From IMG/VR virus record IMGVR_UViG_3300044956_000431, positions 32,001-96,000 of that record: a stretch of DNA of 64,000 bases; one strand, 5' to 3'. Within the stretch, counting starts at the first letter, position 1, and each line of letters begins with the position of its first letter. Both the position numbers and the translations under genes were made by a program. This document shows, in pieces, positions 10,283-18,094 of the stretch. The notes beneath the pieces are model-generated. The model searched no databases, was not told the origin of the DNA, and saw only the letters and a program-made list of their open reading frames with translations. Source of the DNA: a virus.

Positions 10283-10289
10283 CGCTATC

Positions 10290-10721
10290 TCAGTTAATTT
10301 TCTTTACTACCACTTGTGAATCTACGCTCCTCTTTATGCTTACTTGTGTGGATGTCATATTTAACAACTCCCCCGATGCCCAATTCAGGATATATTTTCC
10401 CCCGTTCACTAGAACTAAATTGTCCCCGGAATCACCATTGTCGGCTATGTGCATGGCGGTTATGTCAGATCTTCCGGTCATTTGGATAGTATACACTATG
10501 CCCAGAGCTTTTGCAAGACTGCAAAAGTGATTGTCAACCAATAACTGCCAAGGATCTGGCCAATCATGCAAATCGTCCCAATGCAAATAATGATTGACCA
10601 TGGGTGCCTGTTGCCACCAATCATTGATGGCCAACAGTGCTTGATCGATTGGATTATTTTGGTTGGCAGTGCGTAGTTCTCTCCACTGAACCAACCGTTC
10701 TTCATAACGGTCAGACCACAC
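10290..10721 (-). CDS. hypothetical protein (possible transglutaminase-like Cys peptidase fold)
   Basis: WPDPWQLL..NHFCSLAKALG; GTG start. Confidence 0.5.
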   Translation of the reverse strand: MWSDRYEERLVQWRELRTANQNNPIDQALLAINDWWQQAPMVNHYLHWDDLHDWPDPWQLLVDNHFCSLAKALGIVYTIQMTGRSDITAMHIADNGDSGDNLVLVNGGKYILNWASGELLNMTSTQVSIKRSVDSQVVVKKIN

Positions 10722-10723
10722 AG

Positions 10724-12343
10724 TTATCCTAGATAGCTGATGGAATATTTTAATGTGCCGCCAGTGGCAATGCCACCCAGTGTGTACTGTACGTTGATAT
10801 TGCTACCGCTTTGGGTCACACTCAATACCAAGTCTGTGGGATTGTTTTCAGTATAATCATCTGTGTAGCTCAAGGTACCTGCCGAATCATCGCTGTCTTG
10901 TGCTACCACTGTTAGTGTGCCAAAACGTATGGTTAAGTTTAAATCGTCTCTAAATCTGTATTGCATAGTAAACGCCTGTGCTTCTGCTGTATTAATAGTC
11001 ATCACAGTAGTTGGTGCACCAGTAAGATCTAGATAGACCTGGTCGCCTGCGTTTTGAATATAGGTACCAAACTTGTAACGTTCACCTTTGTCTAAGGCAA
11101 AAACTTTTTTATTATTAACCTTGATTCTAGGCTCAACAATGTTGAACGCTTCATCTCGCTCAAACATGTCTCCTAGCGACACGTTGTTGTCATTTTGTAT
11201 GTCAACGATGGGTGCTGTGGGAGTCTGGTTACCGCCCTGGAAGTTTGTGGCCACATCCAAGAAGATGTTATAGCCAGTCATGTTGTTTTCAACAGCACCA
11301 ATAATGATGCCTTCTTGCGCTATATTATCAAACAGATTATGCAACACACGGAAGCCTACAGGTCCGCCGTTGACGGGTGCACCTGTGCCTAACAATATGC
11401 CTTGGTACAGTACATTGAACTTAGAGTTTTGTACGGTCACGCCCTGTATCTGCTGGTCTGCGTTAAATGCATAGGTCATGCCTGTGTAGTGGCAAAAATC
11501 AAACGTGATGGTGTTGGTAATATAACTCACAGTGCTGGCAAATCTCACACAGACAATGTTGGCCGTGGTTACATCGCCGGCATTGTTTTCAATGTAACTC
11601 TGACTAAAAGGACCTCGAAAGCTAACGTTTTGAAAGGTGATCTGTTCAGCGTCTTCAACCAAGAAAAGATCAACTTCTTCGTTGCTTTGGAAACCCATGT
11701 TGTAGATTTCAATGTTCTGTGGAGGTGCGGCACCATTGTTACCAATGTTTACACCTGTTTGCTGTAGACTGTCAGCAGTGCGAGCCGCATAAGATGCCAC
11801 TGTAGAGTCATCTCTAGCAACAAGGAATATGATAGAACTGTCACCACCTTCGCCATATAGTTTGGCGTAAGGCGGAATGTTAATGGTCTCATTGACAAGA
11901 TACACACCAGCTGGAAAAAACAAACTACGGCGCACTTGTGGATTGGCTTCGCGACAGAACATCTGGAACAGCGCACGATTGATAGCATCTGTATCGTCGG
12001 TTTCTCCGTCTCCAGTGGCACCAAAGTCCTTGACTGATGCCATTTCGTCCAGTACCGACTGTAGGGTACGTTTTACAGGATTGCTGGATGTGGGACCTGT
12101 TTGTACAGTGTATCCACCAGCTTCGCCTTTGTAGGTATAGAGTCCGGCGATAGCAAATATGTCAGAATACTGTGTGAGTATTTCAGTGTTGCCAATGGCA
12201 GGTGCACCTTCTTGTATGGTGCCGTTACCAATGAAAAGCCGACGCTCGTCAATGACCCAGCCAAACTCTGCACCTGCTAGTTGCGGTAAGTTTTCACTGA
12301 GTCCTTTGCGCTGGGTGATACGTGATATCTGAACTATTGCCAT
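10724..12343 (-). CDS. tail fibre/spike-like protein (Mtd-N-like head, pectate-lyase-like beta helix)
   Basis: LPQLAGAEFGW..RLFIGNG; SVKDFGATGDGETDDTDAINRA; FFPAGVY. Confidence 0.8.
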   Translation of the reverse strand: MAIVQISRITQRKGLSENLPQLAGAEFGWVIDERRLFIGNGTIQEGAPAIGNTEILTQYSDIFAIAGLYTYKGEAGGYTVQTGPTSSNPVKRTLQSVLDEMASVKDFGATGDGETDDTDAINRALFQMFCREANPQVRRSLFFPAGVYLVNETINIPPYAKLYGEGGDSSIIFLVARDDSTVASYAARTADSLQQTGVNIGNNGAAPPQNIEIYNMGFQSNEEVDLFLVEDAEQITFQNVSFRGPFSQSYIENNAGDVTTANIVCVRFASTVSYITNTITFDFCHYTGMTYAFNADQQIQGVTVQNSKFNVLYQGILLGTGAPVNGGPVGFRVLHNLFDNIAQEGIIIGAVENNMTGYNIFLDVATNFQGGNQTPTAPIVDIQNDNNVSLGDMFERDEAFNIVEPRIKVNNKKVFALDKGERYKFGTYIQNAGDQVYLDLTGAPTTVMTINTAEAQAFTMQYRFRDDLNLTIRFGTLTVVAQDSDDSAGTLSYTDDYTENNPTDLVLSVTQSGSNINVQYTLGGIATGGTLKYSISYLG

Positions 12344-12363
12344 TCTTGTCTCCGATCACGTAT

Positions 12364-13074
12364 TTAGCTGGTCAAGTAGTAGAGATCCACACGCTTGTTC
12401 CACTCATTTTTCCAGTGCGCAAACTCTTCTTTTTCTATCACAAACTCCTGATATTCGGGGGTTGTATAGGTGTTGTCTTCCAACAGTTTGGGCTGGGCAG
12501 CCATCAAAATTACGCCCGTGTCTATGTCTGTGCCATGCATGTGATCATGAGCTTGTGCATAGGCCGCCAGTTGAATGAAGTAATCGCTGATCCATTCACG
12601 ACGTTTGGGTTTGTTTGTTTGTTTAAAGTCCATGATTGCAGGACGCCCTTTCCAGATACCAACACAGTCTGTGGTCCCTGCGTACAGTCCTGAATAATAC
12701 AGCGGAACTTCGCTGCCCCAGTATTCGTCAACATTGCACAGTCCCTGGAGTATGACTTCTGCAGCCATGAACCACGACGGGTGTGCAAAAGGATTGCCTG
12801 GCAAAGGTTTCATATCATCGCTGAGAATATAACGTTCAAGATAAGCATGCATTCTCGTGCCACGATTGGCGGCTTCTGTGGTAATAGTCTGTGCCTGTTG
12901 CTCGCCCACTCGCTTTTTCCAGTTGGCCAAAGCTTCACGTTGTTCTGCGGGCTTGGTTCGGTCTAAAATAGTTGTTACCGAAGGAACTTTTGAGCCATCG
13001 GGTAGACAATAGTGTCGTTTGCCTTCTAGTGTAGTGCGATCCAACGGTGCATAGTTGTAGCATTGTGTTATCAT
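12364..13074 (-). CDS. PD-(D/E)XK exonuclease
   Basis: PSVTTIL, RGTRMH, AGTTD, IMDFKQT, QLAAY; start reassigned to MITQ. Confidence 0.88.
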   Translation of the reverse strand: MITQCYNYAPLDRTTLEGKRHYCLPDGSKVPSVTTILDRTKPAEQREALANWKKRVGEQQAQTITTEAANRGTRMHAYLERYILSDDMKPLPGNPFAHPSWFMAAEVILQGLCNVDEYWGSEVPLYYSGLYAGTTDCVGIWKGRPAIMDFKQTNKPKRREWISDYFIQLAAYAQAHDHMHGTDIDTGVILMAAQPKLLEDNTYTTPEYQEFVIEKEEFAHWKNEWNKRVDLYYLTS

Positions 13075-13403
13075 TAAACTCGGAAACTTTCTCCGCAACC
13101 ACAGCGATCACGTTCATTGGGGTTAACAAAATCAAATCCTTCATTGAGTCCTTTACGGACCCAATCCATGATCATACCTTCAAGGTAAGGACGATGTTTG
13201 GGATCTACATAAATGCGCACACCATTGACATCATAGTGCGCTATACAGTGTTCTCGGCCCTGCTCTGTATCCACATATTCCAAAGTGTAGGCTAGCCCCG
13301 AACAACCTGTGGTTTTTACTCCAATCTTGATACCTAGACCGCGCCCACGACGTGCAATGTTTTCCTTGACTTTGCAGGCAGCTAGTTCAGTTATATTAAT
13401 CAT
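13074..13403 (-). CDS. iscA: A-type Fe-S carrier (IscA/HesB family)
   Basis: GCSGLAY and CGCGESF. Confidence 0.93.
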   Translation of the reverse strand: MINITELAACKVKENIARRGRGLGIKIGVKTTGCSGLAYTLEYVDTEQGREHCIAHYDVNGVRIYVDPKHRPYLEGMIMDWVRKGLNEGFDFVNPNERDRCGCGESFRV

Positions 13404-14392
13404 TGTTTGAAATATTTTCCAATCAAACTAGCGTAGATATCGCGATTGTAATCTGCAATAGCATTGATTTGAGTCAGCATCTTTTGTTTCTGCTCATAGT
13501 CCAAAGATGCTATACGACGTATTTCGTCTTTGATCATGTCAAAACGTTTTTCTGGGTTTGACTCTTTATCGTAGTCTTCGTTGATCCATGGATCAAAAGT
13601 CTTGAACCCTAGGCCTCTCAAATCAACTAACTGCCCCTGAGTGCCTAACAGAATAAAAGGTTTACCTGATACCAAACACTTGGCAGTTTTTTCTGTCCAC
13701 CAACCACATTCATATACATTGGTTTCTATTACAACTTCTATATGATACAATGGAAAAACATTGTGATAATCTGGCAAGCAGTTGAATCCATCTACTCGCC
13801 CATTGTATCCACCTTCGATGGTAGCATTTTTCTCTTGTCTTGATCGCAACCAATCAAGTTCTTTAACAAACCATTTCTTTACGGATTCAAATTCGTATTC
13901 TGCCCATTCAATCTTGGGTTGGAACGCCACAACACTGTGTTGTGCTATCTCTGTTTCCAAAAAATACGCCATCAAAAATCTATGAGGAGTAAATCTTCCA
14001 AAAAAGCCCCCAAACATCCTGGCGTTGGGATCTCGAATGCATTTGTCAACCTTAATGTCTCTGAGCGCCTGTGTTAAACTTGTGCTAGGTCTCGTTATCA
14101 CCGTAGCCCAGGGAGTTTCAAACAGTGGAACATGATCGTAGGTATCCAACACAAGTCTGTGTTTGGGCAGTGACATCGTAGTAGCTACATGTTCTAACAC
14201 ACGATCAAATGCTACCATCCTAAAAGGTTCTGTTTCGTGAGACAAGAATCTCACGGTGCGGGTACTGATAGTGTCGCTGAGCTGATAGAGAGTCCTATAC
14301 AGTTCTGGTAAATGATGCACATATCCGTCATGTTTGATATAATCGGTTAGACGTACAATCACTTCATTGTCTGTGACGTTTACACAATCCAT
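13400..14392 (-). CDS. putative glycosyltransferase-like protein (TEKT motif)
   Basis: VVIET..WWTEKTAK..KPFI..LGFKTF..INEDYD. Confidence 0.55.
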   Translation of the reverse strand: MDCVNVTDNEVIVRLTDYIKHDGYVHHLPELYRTLYQLSDTISTRTVRFLSHETEPFRMVAFDRVLEHVATTMSLPKHRLVLDTYDHVPLFETPWATVITRPSTSLTQALRDIKVDKCIRDPNARMFGGFFGRFTPHRFLMAYFLETEIAQHSVVAFQPKIEWAEYEFESVKKWFVKELDWLRSRQEKNATIEGGYNGRVDGFNCLPDYHNVFPLYHIEVVIETNVYECGWWTEKTAKCLVSGKPFILLGTQGQLVDLRGLGFKTFDPWINEDYDKESNPEKRFDMIKDEIRRIASLDYEQKQKMLTQINAIADYNRDIYASLIGKYFKQ

Positions 14393-14779
14393 TTAGGCCT
14401 GATGTTTTTTACGATAATCGTCTACTGCGGCCTTGATAGCATCCTCGGCCAGGATTGAACAATGTATCTTTACTGGTGGAAGTGCTAGTTCTTCTGCAAT
14501 GGCTGAGTTTTTGATTGAACTGGCTTGGTCGAGAGTTTTACCTTTGACCCACTCTGTGACCAGACTTGAGCTTGCGATAGCCGATCCGCAGCCATACGTT
14601 TTAAATTTCGCATCTGTAATAATACCTGTAGCATCATCTACCTTTATCTGTAGTTTCATTACATCCCCGCAAGCAGGTGCTCCAACCATACCAGTACCAA
14701 CGGTAGGATCAGACTTATCAAGACTACCAACATTACGGGGGTTTTCATAGTGATCTACGACCATATTGCTGTACGCCAT
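14393..14779 (-). CDS. iscU: Fe-S scaffold protein
   Basis: DHYENPRNVG, APACGD, GCGSAIAS, LPPVKIHC. Confidence 0.97.
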   Translation of the reverse strand: MAYSNMVVDHYENPRNVGSLDKSDPTVGTGMVGAPACGDVMKLQIKVDDATGIITDAKFKTYGCGSAIASSSLVTEWVKGKTLDQASSIKNSAIAEELALPPVKIHCSILAEDAIKAAVDDYRKKHQA

Positions 14780-14811
14780 AAGAACCTCCTTTTGTTATTA
14801 TACTAGATTAT

Positions 14812-15147
14812 TTACTTTAGGTCAATGGCACGTTTGGCCATTTGGTTCACGGTTTTACGGGCTTGATCCACACTCATTTTTTGATTGCTGGCATCTGGAG
14901 TTTTAGAACCTTTCCAAATAATCTCGCCGTTTTGAATAGAGTCAATGACATTGTTGAGCGGTGGTTGTACTGCCAAGGTTTCCAGGCGTTCGGCTGTCAT
15001 GTTGATACCATTCTCGTGAGCAAGACTGATAAATGCATCCACATTCATGGGTTTGATTGCGTCTGTATCTTGAGCCCGCTTGAGTAAAAAATGGCCTATG
15101 GCGGCCAGTTTTGTTGAGTCTGGATCCCGGAACTCTCGGATCAACAT
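14812..15147 (-). CDS. hypothetical, probable virion protein
   Basis: start reassigned to MLIREF. Confidence 0.65.
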   Translation of the reverse strand: MLIREFRDPDSTKLAAIGHFLLKRAQDTDAIKPMNVDAFISLAHENGINMTAERLETLAVQPPLNNVIDSIQNGEIIWKGSKTPDASNQKMSVDQARKTVNQMAKRAIDLK

Positions 15148-15148
15148 A

Positions 15149-16147
15149 TTATCTACGCTCTCGGCCCAGGGCCTTGGCAGGGATTTCTTCGCTGTCTTCT
15201 GGTGGAAGATTAGCATCAAGATCTAAATCTGCACTCATGTCTACTTCGCCAGTGTCAGCACCGGATACATTGCCTCCTGGAAGGGTAGGTGCGTCGGCAT
15301 CAGCATCTTGTCCTGGCACCACTGGGGCTTGGCCTGTAAGTACACCTTGTGCGGTTTCCAGCTGGGTTTTGGAACCCTGAAGTCCCTGGATGAGACCTTG
15401 TAGTGCGGTTGTGACGTCATTGTTAAACTGTTGTGCTTGATCCATGCCAACATCGTTGCGGATAGAATCTACAAGAGCAGGAAGATCTTTGAACTGCATG
15501 GCCGAAACTTGTTCGATCATTTTCTGGATCTGATCAACCATGTCTTGAGCGGCCAGAACAACTTGTGCTTGTTGTAACTCGCTGGCTTCGCGCAGTCTGC
15601 GTCCACGATGTTTTTTGCTTTCTGCGGCAGTGGCTTTTTTCAACATCTGCTGCAGACGTGACGCTGTAGCTGGATCGCTCATGGCTTTTTGTAACCCACC
15701 TAGTTGTGTGCCGAGTGCGGTACGTTGTCTAGGATCTAGTATTTTGCCTGCCACTGCTGTATCAATGGCTTTGCCAAGTAAATTGGCCTGAGCACCTTGT
15801 CCTGTGGCAGCGGCAACTTTTCTAACTCCAGCGGCTGCGGCTGCGGCTTGCTTGGGGTCTTGTTGCGCCATGGCCATGCCTGGTGCGGCGCCTGGTTGTG
15901 ATTCTTTTACGCGGCTTTCAAGAGCACGTTCCATTACCACTAGTTTGAGATAAGCTGGATTGCGCTCACTGCGATGAAACTCAGAAGTTTCGCGATATTC
16001 GCGTATCAATCCCCGTACACGTTTGAGCATGGTCTGTGCCTGACCAGGTGTCATAGTATCAATGGCCAAATTCTGACCAAAGTGGCTTTCAAAGACTTCC
16101 AGGCTTTGTTGTGTTTTGGTTTTTGATTCCAATTCTTGCAGTTTCAT
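15149..16147 (-). CDS. hypothetical coiled-coil head/scaffold-like protein
   Basis: MKLQELE start with SD and TAAATA upstream; acidic tail. Confidence 0.65.
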   Translation of the reverse strand: MKLQELESKTKTQQSLEVFESHFGQNLAIDTMTPGQAQTMLKRVRGLIREYRETSEFHRSERNPAYLKLVVMERALESRVKESQPGAAPGMAMAQQDPKQAAAAAAGVRKVAAATGQGAQANLLGKAIDTAVAGKILDPRQRTALGTQLGGLQKAMSDPATASRLQQMLKKATAAESKKHRGRRLREASELQQAQVVLAAQDMVDQIQKMIEQVSAMQFKDLPALVDSIRNDVGMDQAQQFNNDVTTALQGLIQGLQGSKTQLETAQGVLTGQAPVVPGQDADADAPTLPGGNVSGADTGEVDMSADLDLDANLPPEDSEEIPAKALGRERR

Positions 16148-16574
16148 CGTTGAATCCTCTTTGTTGCCAGTATTTAGCACGATTTAAACATTCTTCGAGA
16201 TGTTTTTGAGCGTATTTTAGGCGTGCCTGGCTTTCCCATAACCTATCGCTGACCACGGATTTTCTTATAGCATCTTCGCTGTGCTCTAGCGTGTATCTAT
16301 AATGAGCTATTTCGTTTTGGCGTCGCTCTATTTCCTGGTCCAGCATTAGCAGTTGGTGTGCCAATGTGTCTTTACCATACTTGTCCGCCACACACCAACT
16401 GAGAGCTACCTTGCCGGAGCTGGGTTCAGCAGCCAAAGTAGCACTGCGATATACCTGATATCCAGTGGTATTCTTCGTTATTGTATATTTGCCAAACGCT
16501 CGTATTGCATCATACAAGCGTATGATAGCGTTGGGATTGTTTAATAGATGATCTCGGGTAAGGCGTTCCAGCAT
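16089..16574 (-). CDS. hypothetical protein
   Basis: 3' part of ORF 16089..16898; likely start MLERL. Confidence 0.6.
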   Translation of the reverse strand: MLERLTRDHLLNNPNAIIRLYDAIRAFGKYTITKNTTGYQVYRSATLAAEPSSGKVALSWCVADKYGKDTLAHQLLMLDQEIERRQNEIAHYRYTLEHSEDAIRKSVVSDRLWESQARLKYAQKHLEECLNRAKYWQQRGFNDETARIGIKNQNTTKPGSL

Positions 16575-16594
16575 GAGCTGGGTCTGGCGTTCGC

Positions 16595-16855
16595 TTACTT
16601 TAAGACGTAGTGTGTGAGAAACCAGCCTATTATCCCTGCTAGGAACACTATGATCCCGATCCCCCAGTTGATCAGTCGATCCGTGTGCTTGTCGCTCATT
16701 TTTTGCATCATGCCATGGATCTCTTGAATCACTGTGTTGAGATTTATCATGTTTTGTTCTACGTTTTCCAGCTTCTCTTCCAGATACTTGTACCTCTGGG
16801 CGCATAGTTCCACGTGAGTTTCTAGACTTTTCTTTTCGATGTCCGTTGTTTCCAT
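16595..16855 (-). CDS. small coiled-coil membrane protein
   Basis: HVELCAQRY coiled coil plus one C-terminal hydrophobic helix. Confidence 0.7.
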   Translation of the reverse strand: METTDIEKKSLETHVELCAQRYKYLEEKLENVEQNMINLNTVIQEIHGMMQKMSDKHTDRLINWGIGIIVFLAGIIGWFLTHYVLK

Positions 16856-16878
16856 TGGGGTCTTTCCTGGTTGACTGT

Positions 16879-17355
16879 TTATTTATTTGTTTTGGCATAA
16901 TAAATGATATTAATGTTAGGGCCTTGTGTTTTAATCCAAGGTTCCATTTTTGCTGTTTCTGTTAATCCTAATAGTATAGGAGTAAGTTCGCTGTCGGCTT
17001 TTAAAATACAAAAATTGTCTCCGTCCACAGTCCATTGTGATTGAGGTTCTATTTCAAATGTAAATCTCCATACCCGACTCTCAGTGCCTGCCCATGCAAA
17101 CTCTGGTGGTATGTCGGAAGTGATTTCAGATTTAGAGATTTCAAATACTTGTGTTCGCATACCCAATAACTGCAATACAGTATCTAAGTTGCGTTGTTGA
17201 TTTCTAGCTTGCGCCAAGTCTCGAGGGTTGTTGATCTCAACCCCACTACGACTGACATAAGGATATTCTACGTTGCGTTGATGTCCATTTACGGCTGTAG
17301 ATGTGATATCAAACAAGCACCAACATTCAACCTTTTGCAGGGTACTTGAGTTCAT
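16879..17355 (-). CDS. hypothetical protein
   Basis: 158 aa, LFDIT...RNQQRN. Confidence 0.7.
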   Translation of the reverse strand: MNSSTLQKVECWCLFDITSTAVNGHQRNVEYPYVSRSGVEINNPRDLAQARNQQRNLDTVLQLLGMRTQVFEISKSEITSDIPPEFAWAGTESRVWRFTFEIEPQSQWTVDGDNFCILKADSELTPILLGLTETAKMEPWIKTQGPNINIIYYAKTNK

Positions 17356-17569
17356 AATATACTCGGACCTGATCTAACATTTCTTTGAGCGCAGGATCAT
17401 TTAAACTAGCACGACGAATATCACCCCAGAGTTTATCTTCTTTTAACCTGTTGAGTTGGTCTTGAGTTTCTCTATCCACTGAGACTAGTTCTCTATCTTG
17501 TTTGCCCACGTACCGACGATATACAGTGTGTCCACCATCGGGGCTTTCAAAAACATATTCTCCGCTCAT
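17327..17569 (-). CDS. conserved phage hypothetical protein
   Basis: FESPDGGHTVYRR; TAAATA 5 nt upstream. Confidence 0.75.
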   Translation of the reverse strand: MSGEYVFESPDGGHTVYRRYVGKQDRELVSVDRETQDQLNRLKEDKLWGDIRRASLNDPALKEMLDQVRVYYELKYPAKG

Positions 17570-17586
17570 GCAGGTATTTAAGCCGT

Positions 17587-17620
17587 AAAAAAAACCCTAG
17601 TTAAAGAACTAGGGCTTTTT
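17587..17620 (-). terminator. intrinsic terminator, possibly bidirectional
   Basis: CCCTAGTT-aaag-AACTAGGG flanked by A8 and T5. Confidence 0.85.
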
Positions 17621-17639
17621 AGGTCTGATCTAACTGCTA

Positions 17640-18023
17640 TTAAGCGGCTAGTTTGAAACCGTTTGCTGTTGCGCTGTCCAACTGGAAACCAGTGTAAGTG
17701 ATGTTAGCGGCTGCCAAGAAAGCGGCTGCGTCTTCAAATGCTTTGGTTGGGTACACAGCAACAGAAAGTGCTGTGTTGTCAACTTGGTACATAGCTACTG
17801 TAGCTGTTTGCGAGATCGCTTGGATCACGTTTGCAACATACTCTGCAACACCGCCTTCACCGTTGATGCTAGTGTTAGCAACTGCACGGAAGAAGTCAAG
17901 TTTAGGACCTTGTGGTTGTACAGGAACGCCTGCCAACGAAGTTGAAGGTGCAACTGGACCGTTTTGTGTGTCTAGCGCGAATACTGGTTGTGAATCACCA
18001 TTGACTCTTGTAAATTGTGCCAT
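17640..18023 (-). CDS. abundant virion protein (decoration-like)
   Basis: Own TATAAATA, SD AAGGAG and terminator; Ala-rich. Confidence 0.6.
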   Translation of the reverse strand: MAQFTRVNGDSQPVFALDTQNGPVAPSTSLAGVPVQPQGPKLDFFRAVANTSINGEGGVAEYVANVIQAISQTATVAMYQVDNTALSVAVYPTKAFEDAAAFLAAANITYTGFQLDSATANGFKLAA

Positions 18024-18063
18024 TTCAAATCTCCTTGATATGTGACCTCATTGGGTCTACTTT

Positions 18064-18071
18064 TATTTATA
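18064..18071 (-). promoter_or_regulatory. T4-type late promoter
   Basis: TATAAATA on the minus strand. Confidence 0.8.
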
Positions 18072-18094
18072 CCAAAATGGAGAAATCGGCAGTA

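Noticed and set aside
10724-12343. Diversity-generating retroelement suggested by the Mtd-N-like domain
   Set aside because: No reverse transcriptase or TR/VR repeat pair seen in the window
12364-13074. Cas4/CRISPR system
   Set aside because: No Cas4 four-Cys set, no array and no other cas genes; an ordinary phage exonuclease
16575-16898. Long N-terminal extension giving a dual-coding overlap (similar cases at 24566, 38085, 44526, 49412)
   Set aside because: Downstream ATGs with ATGA overlaps or promoters explain the genes better
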